Virus record (IMG/VR): IMGVR_UViG_3300021057_000274
Coordinates: 325,332 to 389,331 of that record
Strand: one strand, 5' to 3'
DNA length: 64,000 nucleotides
Part shown: positions 18,736-27,913 of the stretch, in pieces
How positions within the stretch are numbered: the stretch's first letter is position 1
Layout: every line of letters starts with the position of its first letter
Translations under genes and position numbers: made by a program
Notes under the pieces: model-generated
What the model was told of the DNA's origin: nothing
Seen by the model: only the letters and a program-made list of their open reading frames with translations
The model's database searches: none

Positions 18736-21228
18736 ATGGGAAAGACGAAGGGAAAGGGGAAGGAGCAGTTTCCGGTTCACCTGTTGCGGTATCCGGCGGA
18801 GCTCGTCAAGGACGCCAACGCGTGCAACCTGATCATGAGCGACGAGTATCTCTTCGGGACGTACTTCACGGCGATGCTTCAGGGAGCTCAGAACGACTCG
18901 GGAATCGAGGACGTGATGGTGATCCTCGAGCGGCATCTCGGAGATCACTTCAAGGCCGACGAGCTTGAGGACATCACGTCGGTCAAGAAGCGTGACCAAG
19001 AGCGAATGATGAAGATCGTCGATCACCTTCGCTCGCAGTTTGGTGAGCAAGTGACCTCGACGTACGTTCGCGACTTCTTCATCGCTACGGCTACCTATCG
19101 TGGGATTCTCTCCATGGAGAAGGACTTCACGAGATGCATCTCGCTCTTTGGGGCCATCATCCAGAGCATGATGGAAGCGTTTCTGGCGCAAGCTCCCGTC
19201 GGCGGGGTCTCGTCGATCACTGAGAACTTGAACAGGCTCACTAAGGTGATGAGCCTGACTCAATCAGAGGGGCGTCTCCTCGAGGTTAGCCTTCTCTTCG
19301 CGATCGACACGCGGTTCATGATCTTCCGCGACTTTCTCCATCAGCTAGTGAGAAACCAAGCTAGCTACACGAACTGCATCAAGGTGATGCTAGCGCTGGG
19401 CGGTAACGTCTTCGATCGTGAGGTCGACGCGGCGCTGTTGCCTCAGACGAGCAAGCCGCTAGCTCTGGGAATGATCAGCTACGATCAGCACTTCAAGAGG
19501 ATCGGTCGCCTGAGCGAGTTTTGGTCGTTCGCGATCACCACCATGGCGAAGACCGAGAGCGAGTTCTACGCTCGGTTTGTCGAGCCCCTCAAGGATAAGA
19601 AGAAGAACTTTGCTGGCGCGCTCGCAAAGCTGAACGAGCACGACGAGGAGCTTCTCAAGGAGTTCGTCCGACACACCGTCACGGGTGAGATCGACGCCGA
19701 CTACTCCGTTCAGCGCGCGAAGGTGCGTAAGCTGATGGAGAAGATCGTCGCCGTCAGCGAGAACAGCTACGTAGATGACATTGACGCGTTCTCCCTCAAC
19801 GTCTTCCTCTACGGTAGCAAGAAGCTAGACAAGCTTGGATATCTGTCTAAGCTCTTCGAGGAGGAGGGCGTCGAGGGTTACCAGGTTCGGACTCGTGACG
19901 CGAAGGACCACGACATTCCCGCGATCTGTTACGCCGCACAGCAGATCGTCGGCAAGCGGGTCAACGTCGCCAAGGACGACAAGGTGATGCTCGTCGTCGA
20001 GAACACCGAGTCAGCCCTGTCGAAGAGCTTCAGCAAGCCCGCCTGGTTCCTGGACGCTTTCGGCGACGCCGGTCTCAAGACGAAGGAGAAGGATGAGCTG
20101 GACAGTGACGAGCTGATCTTGACGAAGAATCCTGTCCCGACCGTTTGGCTCGCCTCCTCAACCGCGTACATGGAGCAAGAGAACCTGGGTCGATTCTTGT
20201 TTCACTGCGAGCTCCGCGGAGGGTCACGCAAGGACCGTCGAGACGAGGTTGATCGCATCATCAAGGCTCTCGGCTTCTCCGAGCAGGCGGTGCAGACGCT
20301 CTCACGGTACGTCGAGCTCAGCCCCGAGCAGATCAAGAGCGCAGCGCGAATGATCGAGCTCGTGGATCAGCAGGGAGCGGCAGGAGAGTCAAACCTGCTT
20401 CATCTGATCTCGAACAGCCAGCGCGTCCTCGATCGCGAGAAGATGGAGGACCTCCGTGACTCGGTCACGAAGTACAATCTCGACTTTCTCAACATCCGGG
20501 GCAACGTCAACGTCCCGCAGCTGATCAAGGCTCTCCAGCGCACCAAGCAAGGCACGATCTGCTTCTACGGAATGCCTGGCACGGGGAAGACGCAGCTCGC
20601 CGAGTACATCGCGATGCAGTGTGACCAGCCGCTCTTGATCAAGCCGGCCTCCGAGCTCCTGAGCATGTGGCTCGGGGAGACCGAGAAGAAGATCGCCGAG
20701 GCCTTTGACGAGGCGAAGTCCGAGGGCGCGATCTTCCTCCTGGACGAGGGCGACAGCTTCCTCCAGGATCGTAGCCGCGCGCAGCACTCCTGGCAGGTGA
20801 CGCAGGTCAACGAGTTGCTTCAGAAGATGGAGCGCTTTCCGGGAATCTTCATCCTCGCGACGAACCTCTTCGAGGGGATCGACGCGGCGGCGGTGCGCCG
20901 CTTCACGTTCAAGCTCGAGTTCCTCGCGCTTCGCCAGGAGCAGCGCGTCAAGATGCTGTGCAGCGAGCTCGACTGGGACTTTGAGAAGTTGAGTGAAGCC
21001 GAGCGGGGCAAGATCGACGTCGAGGTCGGGACGATCCAGTACCTGACGCCGGGTGACTTCGCGACGGTCAAGCGCCAGGCCAACATCCTCGGCGAGAAGC
21101 TCACCTTCGAGGACTGGATCGAGCGTCTCAACTCCGAATCACGGGCCAAGCTGGCTGGTCTGCGCCGTAACGACAACTACGGCCAATCGAATAACTTCGC
21201 GGGCGTCAAGCCGCGCGAGCAAAGGTGA
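18736..21228 (+). CDS. AAA+ ATPase with long N-terminal region
   Basis: GMPGTGKT Walker A, FLLDEGD Walker B, ATN sensor 1, IDAAAVRRF Arg finger. Confidence 0.88.
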   Translation: MGKTKGKGKEQFPVHLLRYPAELVKDANACNLIMSDEYLFGTYFTAMLQGAQNDSGIEDVMVILERHLGDHFKADELEDITSVKKRDQERMMKIVDHLRSQFGEQVTSTYVRDFFIATATYRGILSMEKDFTRCISLFGAIIQSMMEAFLAQAPVGGVSSITENLNRLTKVMSLTQSEGRLLEVSLLFAIDTRFMIFRDFLHQLVRNQASYTNCIKVMLALGGNVFDREVDAALLPQTSKPLALGMISYDQHFKRIGRLSEFWSFAITTMAKTESEFYARFVEPLKDKKKNFAGALAKLNEHDEELLKEFVRHTVTGEIDADYSVQRAKVRKLMEKIVAVSENSYVDDIDAFSLNVFLYGSKKLDKLGYLSKLFEEEGVEGYQVRTRDAKDHDIPAICYAAQQIVGKRVNVAKDDKVMLVVENTESALSKSFSKPAWFLDAFGDAGLKTKEKDELDSDELILTKNPVPTVWLASSTAYMEQENLGRFLFHCELRGGSRKDRRDEVDRIIKALGFSEQAVQTLSRYVELSPEQIKSAARMIELVDQQGAAGESNLLHLISNSQRVLDREKMEDLRDSVTKYNLDFLNIRGNVNVPQLIKALQRTKQGTICFYGMPGTGKTQLAEYIAMQCDQPLLIKPASELLSMWLGETEKKIAEAFDEAKSEGAIFLLDEGDSFLQDRSRAQHSWQVTQVNELLQKMERFPGIFILATNLFEGIDAAAVRRFTFKLEFLALRQEQRVKMLCSELDWDFEKLSEAERGKIDVEVGTIQYLTPGDFATVKRQANILGEKLTFEDWIERLNSESRAKLAGLRRNDNYGQSNNFAGVKPREQR

Positions 21229-21322
21229 AAAGAGGGCACATGGACGAGATCATGTTCTGCATGGGCATGATCTTCGGAGCCGTTCTCTTCTGGGCGGCTC
21301 AAGTCATCGTGCGCCTGATCTC

Positions 21323-21871
21323 ATGATCGAGCAAAAATCTTATCGAGTAGCTGACCTTCTCTCGGCGGCCACGCTGACCGAGAGGTTCTACGGGCTCATC
21401 CACGACCTCTCGGGACGTGAGAAGGACCAGATCTACTACAATCCAGGCACCTCTCTCAAGAGCTTCATCATCGCGCACTGCGTCAAGCGAGACATCGTCT
21501 CGGTCGACGGCCAGATGCTAGACATCATCAGAGAGTGTGAGCAATTTCAGAGCAACAAGACCATCCTGATCGCGATCAACCAGTGCCTGATCAGCACCGC
21601 GGCCGCCCTGGTCAACCAGATAAACACGATGCCGAAGGACGCTCACCTCGAGCTGATCGAGAGAGTCGTCGAGCTTCACCAGATCGGCCAGGTGATCAAG
21701 GCCAGCTTCGACGCGTTGCTGTCGACTCAAGCCATTGAGGAGGCTCGTGTCGACATGTCGTCCTACCCGGCCTTGACTTACAAGCAAGCGCTCTACGACA
21801 TCCAGGACAAGATCGACGAGATCACCGATCTGGTGCGCGAAAAACTTCAACCTGAGCCGGAGGCTGCATGA
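21323..21871 (+). CDS. hypothetical protein
   Basis: Likely start ATG 21323 (MIEQKSY). Confidence 0.6.
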   Translation: MIEQKSYRVADLLSAATLTERFYGLIHDLSGREKDQIYYNPGTSLKSFIIAHCVKRDIVSVDGQMLDIIRECEQFQSNKTILIAINQCLISTAAALVNQINTMPKDAHLELIERVVELHQIGQVIKASFDALLSTQAIEEARVDMSSYPALTYKQALYDIQDKIDEITDLVREKLQPEPEAA

Positions 21872-22071
21872 GTTGGCATTCTGACATGAGCGCCACGGAC
21901 ATCGTGGTCGCTTGCTTGATCATCGCCGTGATTCTCTTCGTTCTGATCACGGTTCCGCTGATGGTCATGAGGGACAAGCGCTTGTCCGCCGAGTGCGTCG
22001 CCAAGGGCGGTGTCCCCCATCATGACCGGGGCTCGTTCTTGTGTCTCTCTCCTGGAGCGATCATCAAGTGA
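21868..22071 (+). CDS. small membrane protein
   Basis: TM helix then C..GG...C. Confidence 0.55.
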   Translation: MSWHSDMSATDIVVACLIIAVILFVLITVPLMVMRDKRLSAECVAKGGVPHHDRGSFLCLSPGAIIK

Positions 22072-22304
22072 CCGTCGAGCTCACTGGCCTCGCCGCCATC
22101 ATTGCGCTGCTAGTGTGTGCTGGAGTCGCGACGATCGTAGTCGGTGTCATGACTTACATCATCCTTCACGGCCTCAGCGGACAGATGAATGTCGAGATCT
22201 TTCTCGTAACAGCCGCCGCTGCTGTCCTCAACGTGTACACTCTCTCATTTCTCGTTGCAGCTGGTCTCGTTTGGGTGGGAACAGCGTTAGGTGCGACAAG
22301 TTGA
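22068..22304 (+). CDS. small membrane protein
   Basis: Two hydrophobic helices; GTGA overlap. Confidence 0.5.
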   Translation: MTVELTGLAAIIALLVCAGVATIVVGVMTYIILHGLSGQMNVEIFLVTAAAAVLNVYTLSFLVAAGLVWVGTALGATS

Positions 22305-22521
22305 AGAAGTGTAACTGTAGCACGGTCACGTATGACGAGCGCGCAGGATGCGTCGTGGGACGATGCATCAGCAGGAATCGTGAGATCGGAGATTGGCTCT
22401 ACGCCTCTCGGGCGAGCGGAACGCCATGGCACCCTAACATGTATCCGATCGAGGACGAGTTCACGACCACTCCATATCAAGAGCGCAAAGACGAGAGCAC
22501 CGTCGGCTTCAAGTGGTGAAA

Positions 22522-22550
22522 TGTTCAACTCTAGGTGAGGGGGATACAAT
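22522..22550 (+). promoter_or_regulatory. sigma70-like promoter with -10 box in a hairpin loop
   Basis: TGTTCA-N17-TACAAT; 16-nt inverted repeat 22529-22544/22552-22567. Confidence 0.65.
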
Positions 22551-22577
22551 GTCCTCCTCACCTAGAGAGGTCTCCCC

Positions 22578-24302
22578 TTGTTGAAGCAGCACCCCTTAGA
22601 GTTTTTCAAGCGCGAGCAGTTGGCGGCACGTGACCAGCAGACGCAGATCCTCGACCAGATCGCCGCGAGCTGGGACAAGTACAACTACTTCGCTCTCAGT
22701 CTCCCCACCGGGGTGGGCAAGACGTACATCGCTACCGCGATCGCCGACTCTGTCAAGGGGTCGGCGTACATCCTCACCTCTACCCTCCAGCTCCAGACCC
22801 AGTACGAGCACGCCTGGGACGCGATCGTCAATCTCAAGGGCCGCAGCAACTACCAGTGCAACCTCAACCACAACTTCACCGTTGACGCCGCGCCGTGCTC
22901 GGCCAACAAGGAGCTTGTCGGGTTCTGCAAGATGCGGTCGATCTGCGCTTACTACAACCAGAAGAACAAGGCTCTCCAAGCTAGGGCGATGATCACGAAC
23001 CCGGTCTACATGCTCTACAGCACGCACTGCGGGTTCGCTCAGGACGAGGACTCACCGTGGGTGAAGCGTGACGTGTTGATCATCGACGAGGCGCACAACA
23101 TCGAGAACCACCTCGTCACCTTCGCCGAGTCAGACGTCGATCCCGAGTACTACTACCTGGAGTTCGGCGTCCCGACCAACAAGATTCAATTCACTGGGGT
23201 GCCTGAGGATGACTACCTCAAGGTCGTCGAGATCCAGGACATCTTAAAGATGAAGGCGCTTGAGCTTCAGCTCAAGCTTGAGCGTGAGTTTCCTGCCGCT
23301 AGCATGCTCGGAATGGATCCTCGAGAGTGGGCGAGAGGGATCACGAAGAAGGCCGCCGAAAGGGTCGAGCGACTTAACGCCAAGATCTACCGGCTCGACA
23401 AGGCGATCCAGCCGCTCAAGATCTTCTTCAACACGCACAGCACCCCCGATGAGCTGAGCAGCCGTTGGCTCGTGTCGAAGGTGCCTGACAAGAACGTCTT
23501 GAAGCTAGCTCCGATCTACGGTGACTTTCTCTTCAAGGAGTACTTTGGCACCCTGGCCGACAAGTTCGTCTTTCTCTCGGCGACCTTGGGCTCAAAGTAC
23601 GCGTTCTGTAAGGAGATCGGTGTCAACGAAAAGGATTGCCTCTTCCTTGAGACGGGATCCCCCTTTGACCCTGCTCAATCGCCGGTCATCATCATGCCCG
23701 TGATCAGTCTGGCGAGGGACGTCAAGGACGAGAACATGCATAAGCTCGGTCCGATCATCGACGACATCCTCAAGCTCCACCCCGGCCAGCGCGGCATCAT
23801 CCACAGCGTCACCTACGACATCGGCACCAAGCTCTTTCAGCTCGTCTCGCCCGAGAACCAGCGGCGGCTCTTGTTTCGGGACATGGTCGAGCTTCGACTA
23901 GACCTGTTTGCCCGAGCTGGCAAGAACCCGGGTAGAGTTAAGCTCACCAACGAAGAACTTCTCAGAAAACATGAGATTGAGGGCGAAAAGTACGGAAGCG
24001 TCCTCGTTTCACCGTCAATGATGGAGGGTGTTGACCTCGTTGATGATCTGTCACGGTTTCAGGTGATCGTTAAGCTGCCCTGGCCCTACCTGGGGGACCT
24101 GAGAGTGCGAGCCAAGAGCAAGCTCGACGACGAGTGGTACGCTAACAAGATGTGGGTAGCGGTGATGCAGGCCGCTGGGCGGAGCACCAGGCACGTCAAC
24201 GACTCCTCCGTGACCTACATCCTTGACAAGAAGTTCGAGCACTTTTACCGCTTGTGGGAGAGAAAGCTGCCAGATTGGTTCAAGTCCCGCCTGGTCTTTT
24301 AA
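22578..24302 (+). CDS. DinG/Rad3-like SF2 helicase
   Basis: LPTGVGKT, LKGRSNYQC with Fe-S-type Cys, DEAH, LSAT, EGVD, QAAGR. Confidence 0.88.
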   Translation: MLKQHPLEFFKREQLAARDQQTQILDQIAASWDKYNYFALSLPTGVGKTYIATAIADSVKGSAYILTSTLQLQTQYEHAWDAIVNLKGRSNYQCNLNHNFTVDAAPCSANKELVGFCKMRSICAYYNQKNKALQARAMITNPVYMLYSTHCGFAQDEDSPWVKRDVLIIDEAHNIENHLVTFAESDVDPEYYYLEFGVPTNKIQFTGVPEDDYLKVVEIQDILKMKALELQLKLEREFPAASMLGMDPREWARGITKKAAERVERLNAKIYRLDKAIQPLKIFFNTHSTPDELSSRWLVSKVPDKNVLKLAPIYGDFLFKEYFGTLADKFVFLSATLGSKYAFCKEIGVNEKDCLFLETGSPFDPAQSPVIIMPVISLARDVKDENMHKLGPIIDDILKLHPGQRGIIHSVTYDIGTKLFQLVSPENQRRLLFRDMVELRLDLFARAGKNPGRVKLTNEELLRKHEIEGEKYGSVLVSPSMMEGVDLVDDLSRFQVIVKLPWPYLGDLRVRAKSKLDDEWYANKMWVAVMQAAGRSTRHVNDSSVTYILDKKFEHFYRLWERKLPDWFKSRLVF

Positions 24303-24319
24303 GAAATTTTGAGTACTAG

Positions 24320-24348
24320 TTTACTTTTTGTGACGAGCGTGATACGAT
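24320..24348 (+). promoter_or_regulatory. sigma70-like early promoter
   Basis: TTTACT-N17-TACGAT, ATG 6 nt downstream. Confidence 0.65.
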
Positions 24349-24354
24349 GGGTTC

Positions 24355-24636
24355 ATGAAGATCTTCATCGTGCTAGCCGCCTTTTTGTCGGTCATGACAG
24401 CAGCTCAGGGCCAATCTCTTCAAGAGGGGCCGGGGAACAAGATCGATTACGCGCGGGTCACTCGAGTCGCGCCGATCTACGGGATGGCCCCGCCGGGAAA
24501 GTCGCCGCCGGTCATGGGCTACGCGTACGTCGCTGAGTACAACCGGATCGTAGTACACGGACAGTCCAAGCGACCGCTCAAGGTCGGTGAGATGGTCAGG
24601 GTGAGGGTGGTCACCTCGATCGTCCCGGCAGAGTGA
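24355..24636 (+). CDS. secreted small beta protein
   Basis: Signal peptide MKIFIVLAAFLSVMTAAQG; ARVTRVAP...Y.Y..EY. Confidence 0.65.
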   Translation: MKIFIVLAAFLSVMTAAQGQSLQEGPGNKIDYARVTRVAPIYGMAPPGKSPPVMGYAYVAEYNRIVVHGQSKRPLKVGEMVRVRVVTSIVPAE

Positions 24637-24668
24637 ACAAATAGTTTACGCTCGGCTCTAACCGAGTT

Positions 24669-24703
24669 CGGGGCAGTTTACCCCCTAAACTGCCCCGCTT
24701 TTT
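24669..24703 (+). terminator. Rho-independent terminator
   Basis: CGGGGCAGTTTA/TAAACTGCCCCG 12-bp stem followed by T run. Confidence 0.8.
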
Positions 24704-24780
24704 CATCTTCTCCGCCAGAAGTACCCCTTAGGTTCGACTTTCGCCGTGTAGTACAAAGTACTACAATATGTAATTGGTTG

Positions 24781-24809
24781 TTTACAGGCGGCCTTTCCAG
24801 ATATACAAT
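24781..24809 (+). promoter_or_regulatory. sigma70-like early promoter
   Basis: TTTACA-N17-TACAAT. Confidence 0.75.
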
Positions 24810-24929
24810 TCCCTTAACCTACCTGTTACCTGGCGGTCACACCCACGTGACCGCCAGGGCGTAGGAAGTACCCCGGGTGGGGAGCCTACCCCGGGCGCAC
24901 ACAAGACGAAGTCAAGCGGTTGGTAACGG

Positions 24930-25442
24930 ATGAGGAACTTGCTTGGGGGATCCATCTTGAAGTGCTTCTCTACGTTCTACGCCGTCGGCGGCGCAGAATA
25001 CATGTCGTATGTCTTTGCGGCCTCGAGATCAGAGGCCGACCAGCTAGTTAAGGCACGCAACATCGGCGAGAGGGTCGCTGGTCTCATGGCGGGTGCACGC
25101 CCGACCCTGATGGCAAAGGACCTTCCGTCGGTGCTCTATCGGTCGCGACTCTTGCCTGATTGTGCTCACAGCATCGCATTTCTCTCCTGGATCGTAGCTA
25201 GGAGCGGGCAGATGAACAATCAGCAGGTAGCGGATTGGATCCTCGGTGACCAGGGGATTCTCCACGACGTTCTTCACGAGATTCACCACCCGAAGCAATT
25301 CGGGTTTCGTGAGGTCGTCATGGCGCGCATCGAGGAGCTCGAAGAGCGTGTGCCGGGCCTCGCTAAAAAGAATTCAAAAAGTGAAAATATGGCGTCAAGC
25401 CATGGTTTCACCGCGAAAGCTCGAGGTGTAGCGGTGCATTGA
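24930..25442 (+). CDS. hypothetical protein
   Basis: 170 aa ORF. Confidence 0.55.
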   Translation: MRNLLGGSILKCFSTFYAVGGAEYMSYVFAASRSEADQLVKARNIGERVAGLMAGARPTLMAKDLPSVLYRSRLLPDCAHSIAFLSWIVARSGQMNNQQVADWILGDQGILHDVLHEIHHPKQFGFREVVMARIEELEERVPGLAKKNSKSENMASSHGFTAKARGVAVH

Positions 25443-25516
25443 ACTAGATTCTCCGCTAAATCTGAGTATACTCTTAGTTTTGAGAGCCAGCATCGAGTTT
25501 TTGGACTCGATGCCGG

Positions 25517-25545
25517 TTTACTTTGCATTTTCAAAGGTATAAAGT
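25517..25545 (+). promoter_or_regulatory. sigma70-like early promoter
   Basis: TTTACT-N17-TAAAGT. Confidence 0.6.
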
Positions 25546-25618
25546 TATCTCAAGTTCGCCCTTCGGCGCAACCGGCCGTCCGATACGGTCTTTTTGTAAA
25601 CTGCGAGGAGAAGCAGAG

Positions 25619-26218
25619 ATGACAACCGCAACCGCAACCGCAACCCCCACCAGCGACAAGCCCGCCGGAAAGCGCGGCCGTCGCAAGTCCGCCGTGTCCC
25701 GCAAGCCCTCTGGGCGCCCCCTGAAGCGCGACTTCATGAAGGACGTGGTGATCGGCAGCAACGCCGCCGTGATCAACGACGCCGCGCTGAAGGACATCAA
25801 GGCCAAGCCCGGCAGCCGCGAGTTCCGCAAGGAGCTCAAGGCGCGCGGCATGCAGGTCGTACGGATCTTCCAGAAGGAGGACTACGACAAGGCGACCCAG
25901 GCGCACCGCGACACCGCCAAGGAGCGCATGGTCAAGGCGAAGGAAACGATGATCTCCAGCGCTTTCAAGGACGCCGGCGCCAAGCCGGAGCCCCGGATCG
26001 AGCGCGCGGTGAAGACCGTGCTGCCGCTGTTCCGCGGCGTGAACGAGAAGCGCGCGGCGCGCGCCCTCCGCAACATGGTCCGCAGCGTGGTCGCGGTCGT
26101 TCCGACTCCGTCAGGGCGGCGTCCGCGTCGGGCGAAGAAGGACGATCAGCAGGCCCAGCCGGCTCAGCCGCAGGGAGACCAGAAGGGCGGCGACCAGAAG
26201 GGCGGCACGGTTCACTAG
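25619..26218 (+). CDS. basic (K/R-rich) protein, possibly nucleic-acid binding
   Basis: GAGGAG SD before ATG 25619; strongly biased codons; KRGRRKS and RRPRRAKK patches. Confidence 0.7.
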   Translation: MTTATATATPTSDKPAGKRGRRKSAVSRKPSGRPLKRDFMKDVVIGSNAAVINDAALKDIKAKPGSREFRKELKARGMQVVRIFQKEDYDKATQAHRDTAKERMVKAKETMISSAFKDAGAKPEPRIERAVKTVLPLFRGVNEKRAARALRNMVRSVVAVVPTPSGRRPRRAKKDDQQAQPAQPQGDQKGGDQKGGTVH

Positions 26219-26242
26219 GACCGGGCGAGCTACGCGATGGTC

Positions 26243-26267
26243 ACGAGGGCGCTAAGAGCGCCCTCGT
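26243..26267. terminator. hairpin between convergent genes
   Basis: ACGAGGGCGCT-AAG-AGCGCCCTCGT perfect 11-bp stem. Confidence 0.7.
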
Positions 26268-26270
26268 CAT

Positions 26271-26951
26271 TTAGACGGCTTGCACGTCTGAAAAGCGCGA
26301 GAGCATGCCGATGTTTCGATGGAAGAGGAAGACGTAGGTTAAGTCGCTGAGCGACTCGGGGTCATTGTCGAGAAGGGAGAACATGAACGTCAGCTTGACC
26401 TTGCGCCCGCAAACGTCAGCGTCTAGCTGAAGCTCGACCTCTGGCTCGAGGGCACCCGGGAGCGCCTCCTTGAAGACTCGATTGCACTCCGTGAACTTCT
26501 TACCGTTGGTAAACTTGGAAGCTTGATCGATGATCTTTTGAGAGAGCTCGGCAAAGAAGCTGGGGCTAAAGCGAATCTCGTTCTCCCCGTCGGCCACTTG
26601 ATTGATCACGTCGCAGATCCGCTTTCCGACCGCTGCCCCCTCCTCGATGCCGAGAAGCTTCTCTCCGGTCTTGTTTAGCTGAATGACGTTGCCTTGATGA
26701 TCGACCAGGAGAACTCCCTCATGTAGCTTCTTGGTGATCGAGGTAAGTGACTTCTTGGCGACCTTCAGCTCCTTCTTGAGCTTCCCAACCAGATCGACGG
26801 ACAGTTGCTTCGTTTCAGAGACGGCGATCTCGAGCTGGGAATTGACTCTCTCAACCTCCTCAAGCTTCCTCTTGATCTCCTCACGCTTCTTGCTCATCAC
26901 CTCGAAGGTGACGTCTTTCTGAGATGGTTTAGATCCTCTGAAAGCGAACAT
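26271..26951 (-). CDS. coiled-coil + PAS domain protein
   Basis: LHEGVLLVDHQGNVIQLNKTGEKLLG...VGKRI PAS signature; AGGGAG SD before ATG 26951. Confidence 0.7.
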   Translation of the reverse strand: MFAFRGSKPSQKDVTFEVMSKKREEIKRKLEEVERVNSQLEIAVSETKQLSVDLVGKLKKELKVAKKSLTSITKKLHEGVLLVDHQGNVIQLNKTGEKLLGIEEGAAVGKRICDVINQVADGENEIRFSPSFFAELSQKIIDQASKFTNGKKFTECNRVFKEALPGALEPEVELQLDADVCGRKVKLTFMFSLLDNDPESLSDLTYVFLFHRNIGMLSRFSDVQAV

Positions 26952-26967
26952 TTTCTCTGTACTCCCT

Positions 26968-27246
26968 TTAGATCTTAGCCCCGATCGCCGCGACAAGAAC
27001 CTTGATCTCGTTGATCGCTTGAACCACGGTCAACTGCCCAGCTTGATACTTCTCGATCACTTCTAGCATGTCCTCTTGCTGTTCCATGAGCTTGTCCATC
27101 AGCTCCGTTCTCTCACGGCGATGCACATCCTCACGTTTCCAGCTTAAGTACCCTAGAGCTGCAGTGATCAAGAGCAAGATCGCTGTAACCGCAGGTCCTG
27201 CCTGCAAGATAGGCATCAGCAGGGCGCTGATTAATTCCTCTACCAT
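26968..27246 (-). CDS. single-TM coiled-coil protein (holin-like size and topology)
   Basis: GGAG SD; TM segment then coil; TAAATA upstream on - strand. Confidence 0.6.
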   Translation of the reverse strand: MVEELISALLMPILQAGPAVTAILLLITAALGYLSWKREDVHRRERTELMDKLMEQQEDMLEVIEKYQAGQLTVVQAINEIKVLVAAIGAKI

Positions 27247-27283
27247 TTTGACTCCTCTGCAGGCTATGGTGCGTTTGACATTC

Positions 27284-27289
27284 TATTTA
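27284..27289 (-). promoter_or_regulatory. T4-late-like promoter
   Basis: TAAATA on - strand upstream of 27246. Confidence 0.5.
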
Positions 27290-27320
27290 ATCTTTTCCAG
27301 CGGAGCTGGTCCAAAATGAA

Positions 27321-27349
27321 TTTACTCTATGAGAAAAGTAGGATACAAT
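27321..27349 (+). promoter_or_regulatory. sigma70-like early promoter
   Basis: TTTACT-N17-TACAAT. Confidence 0.75.
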
Positions 27350-27357
27350 CTCTCTCA

Positions 27358-27828
27358 ATGGGAATCATCAGAGACGGCGGAGTTAGCTTGCGGAGACTCC
27401 TCCATAACGGATCCAAGACGCCAAACGTCAACGGTTACACCACGCTGATCGGTGCCGGGACCATCTTCCGCGGTAACATTACCTTTCTCAAGTCGATCAG
27501 GATCGAGGGACAGATGTACGGCTCGGTGAAGAGCACCGACGGCACCGTGGTCATCGCGGGCGACGGGCTCGTCGAGGGGCCAGTTCATGCTCAGCACATC
27601 TTCCTCAAGGACAACGCAGTTGTGAAGGGTGAGGTCATCGCAGGCACCGGACTCAATCTTGAGAGCGGTGCCCGAATCAACGGGGACGTTACCTGCGCGG
27701 CGATTCAGATCGACAGAGGCGCGCAGGTCAATGGCAAGATAACGATGACAGATCCGACACAGGTCAAGTGGCCGCGTGGGCCTGTTGGCGCAGAAGGTGC
27801 AGAGGCGAAGTCGTACACTCCGCTTTGA
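27358..27828 (+). CDS. bactofilin (polymer-forming cytoskeletal protein)
   Basis: TLIGAGTIFRGNI..IRIEG..G.V...V.I...G.VEG.V.A...GARINGDV...IQI..GA.V.G.I.M beta-helix pattern. Confidence 0.85.
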   Translation: MGIIRDGGVSLRRLLHNGSKTPNVNGYTTLIGAGTIFRGNITFLKSIRIEGQMYGSVKSTDGTVVIAGDGLVEGPVHAQHIFLKDNAVVKGEVIAGTGLNLESGARINGDVTCAAIQIDRGAQVNGKITMTDPTQVKWPRGPVGAEGAEAKSYTPL

Positions 27829-27836
27829 AGCGGTAG

Positions 27837-27842
27837 TAAATA
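27837..27842 (+). promoter_or_regulatory. T4-late-like promoter in small hairpin
   Basis: GCGGTA-GTAAA-TACCGC containing TAAATA, upstream of prkA. Confidence 0.45.
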
Positions 27843-27913
27843 CCGCAAGGACAGCAGCACAGCATCCCCCTCGCTGGGGATCAATGTAGTAAAGCAGGAA
27901 AGCAACACGCAAG

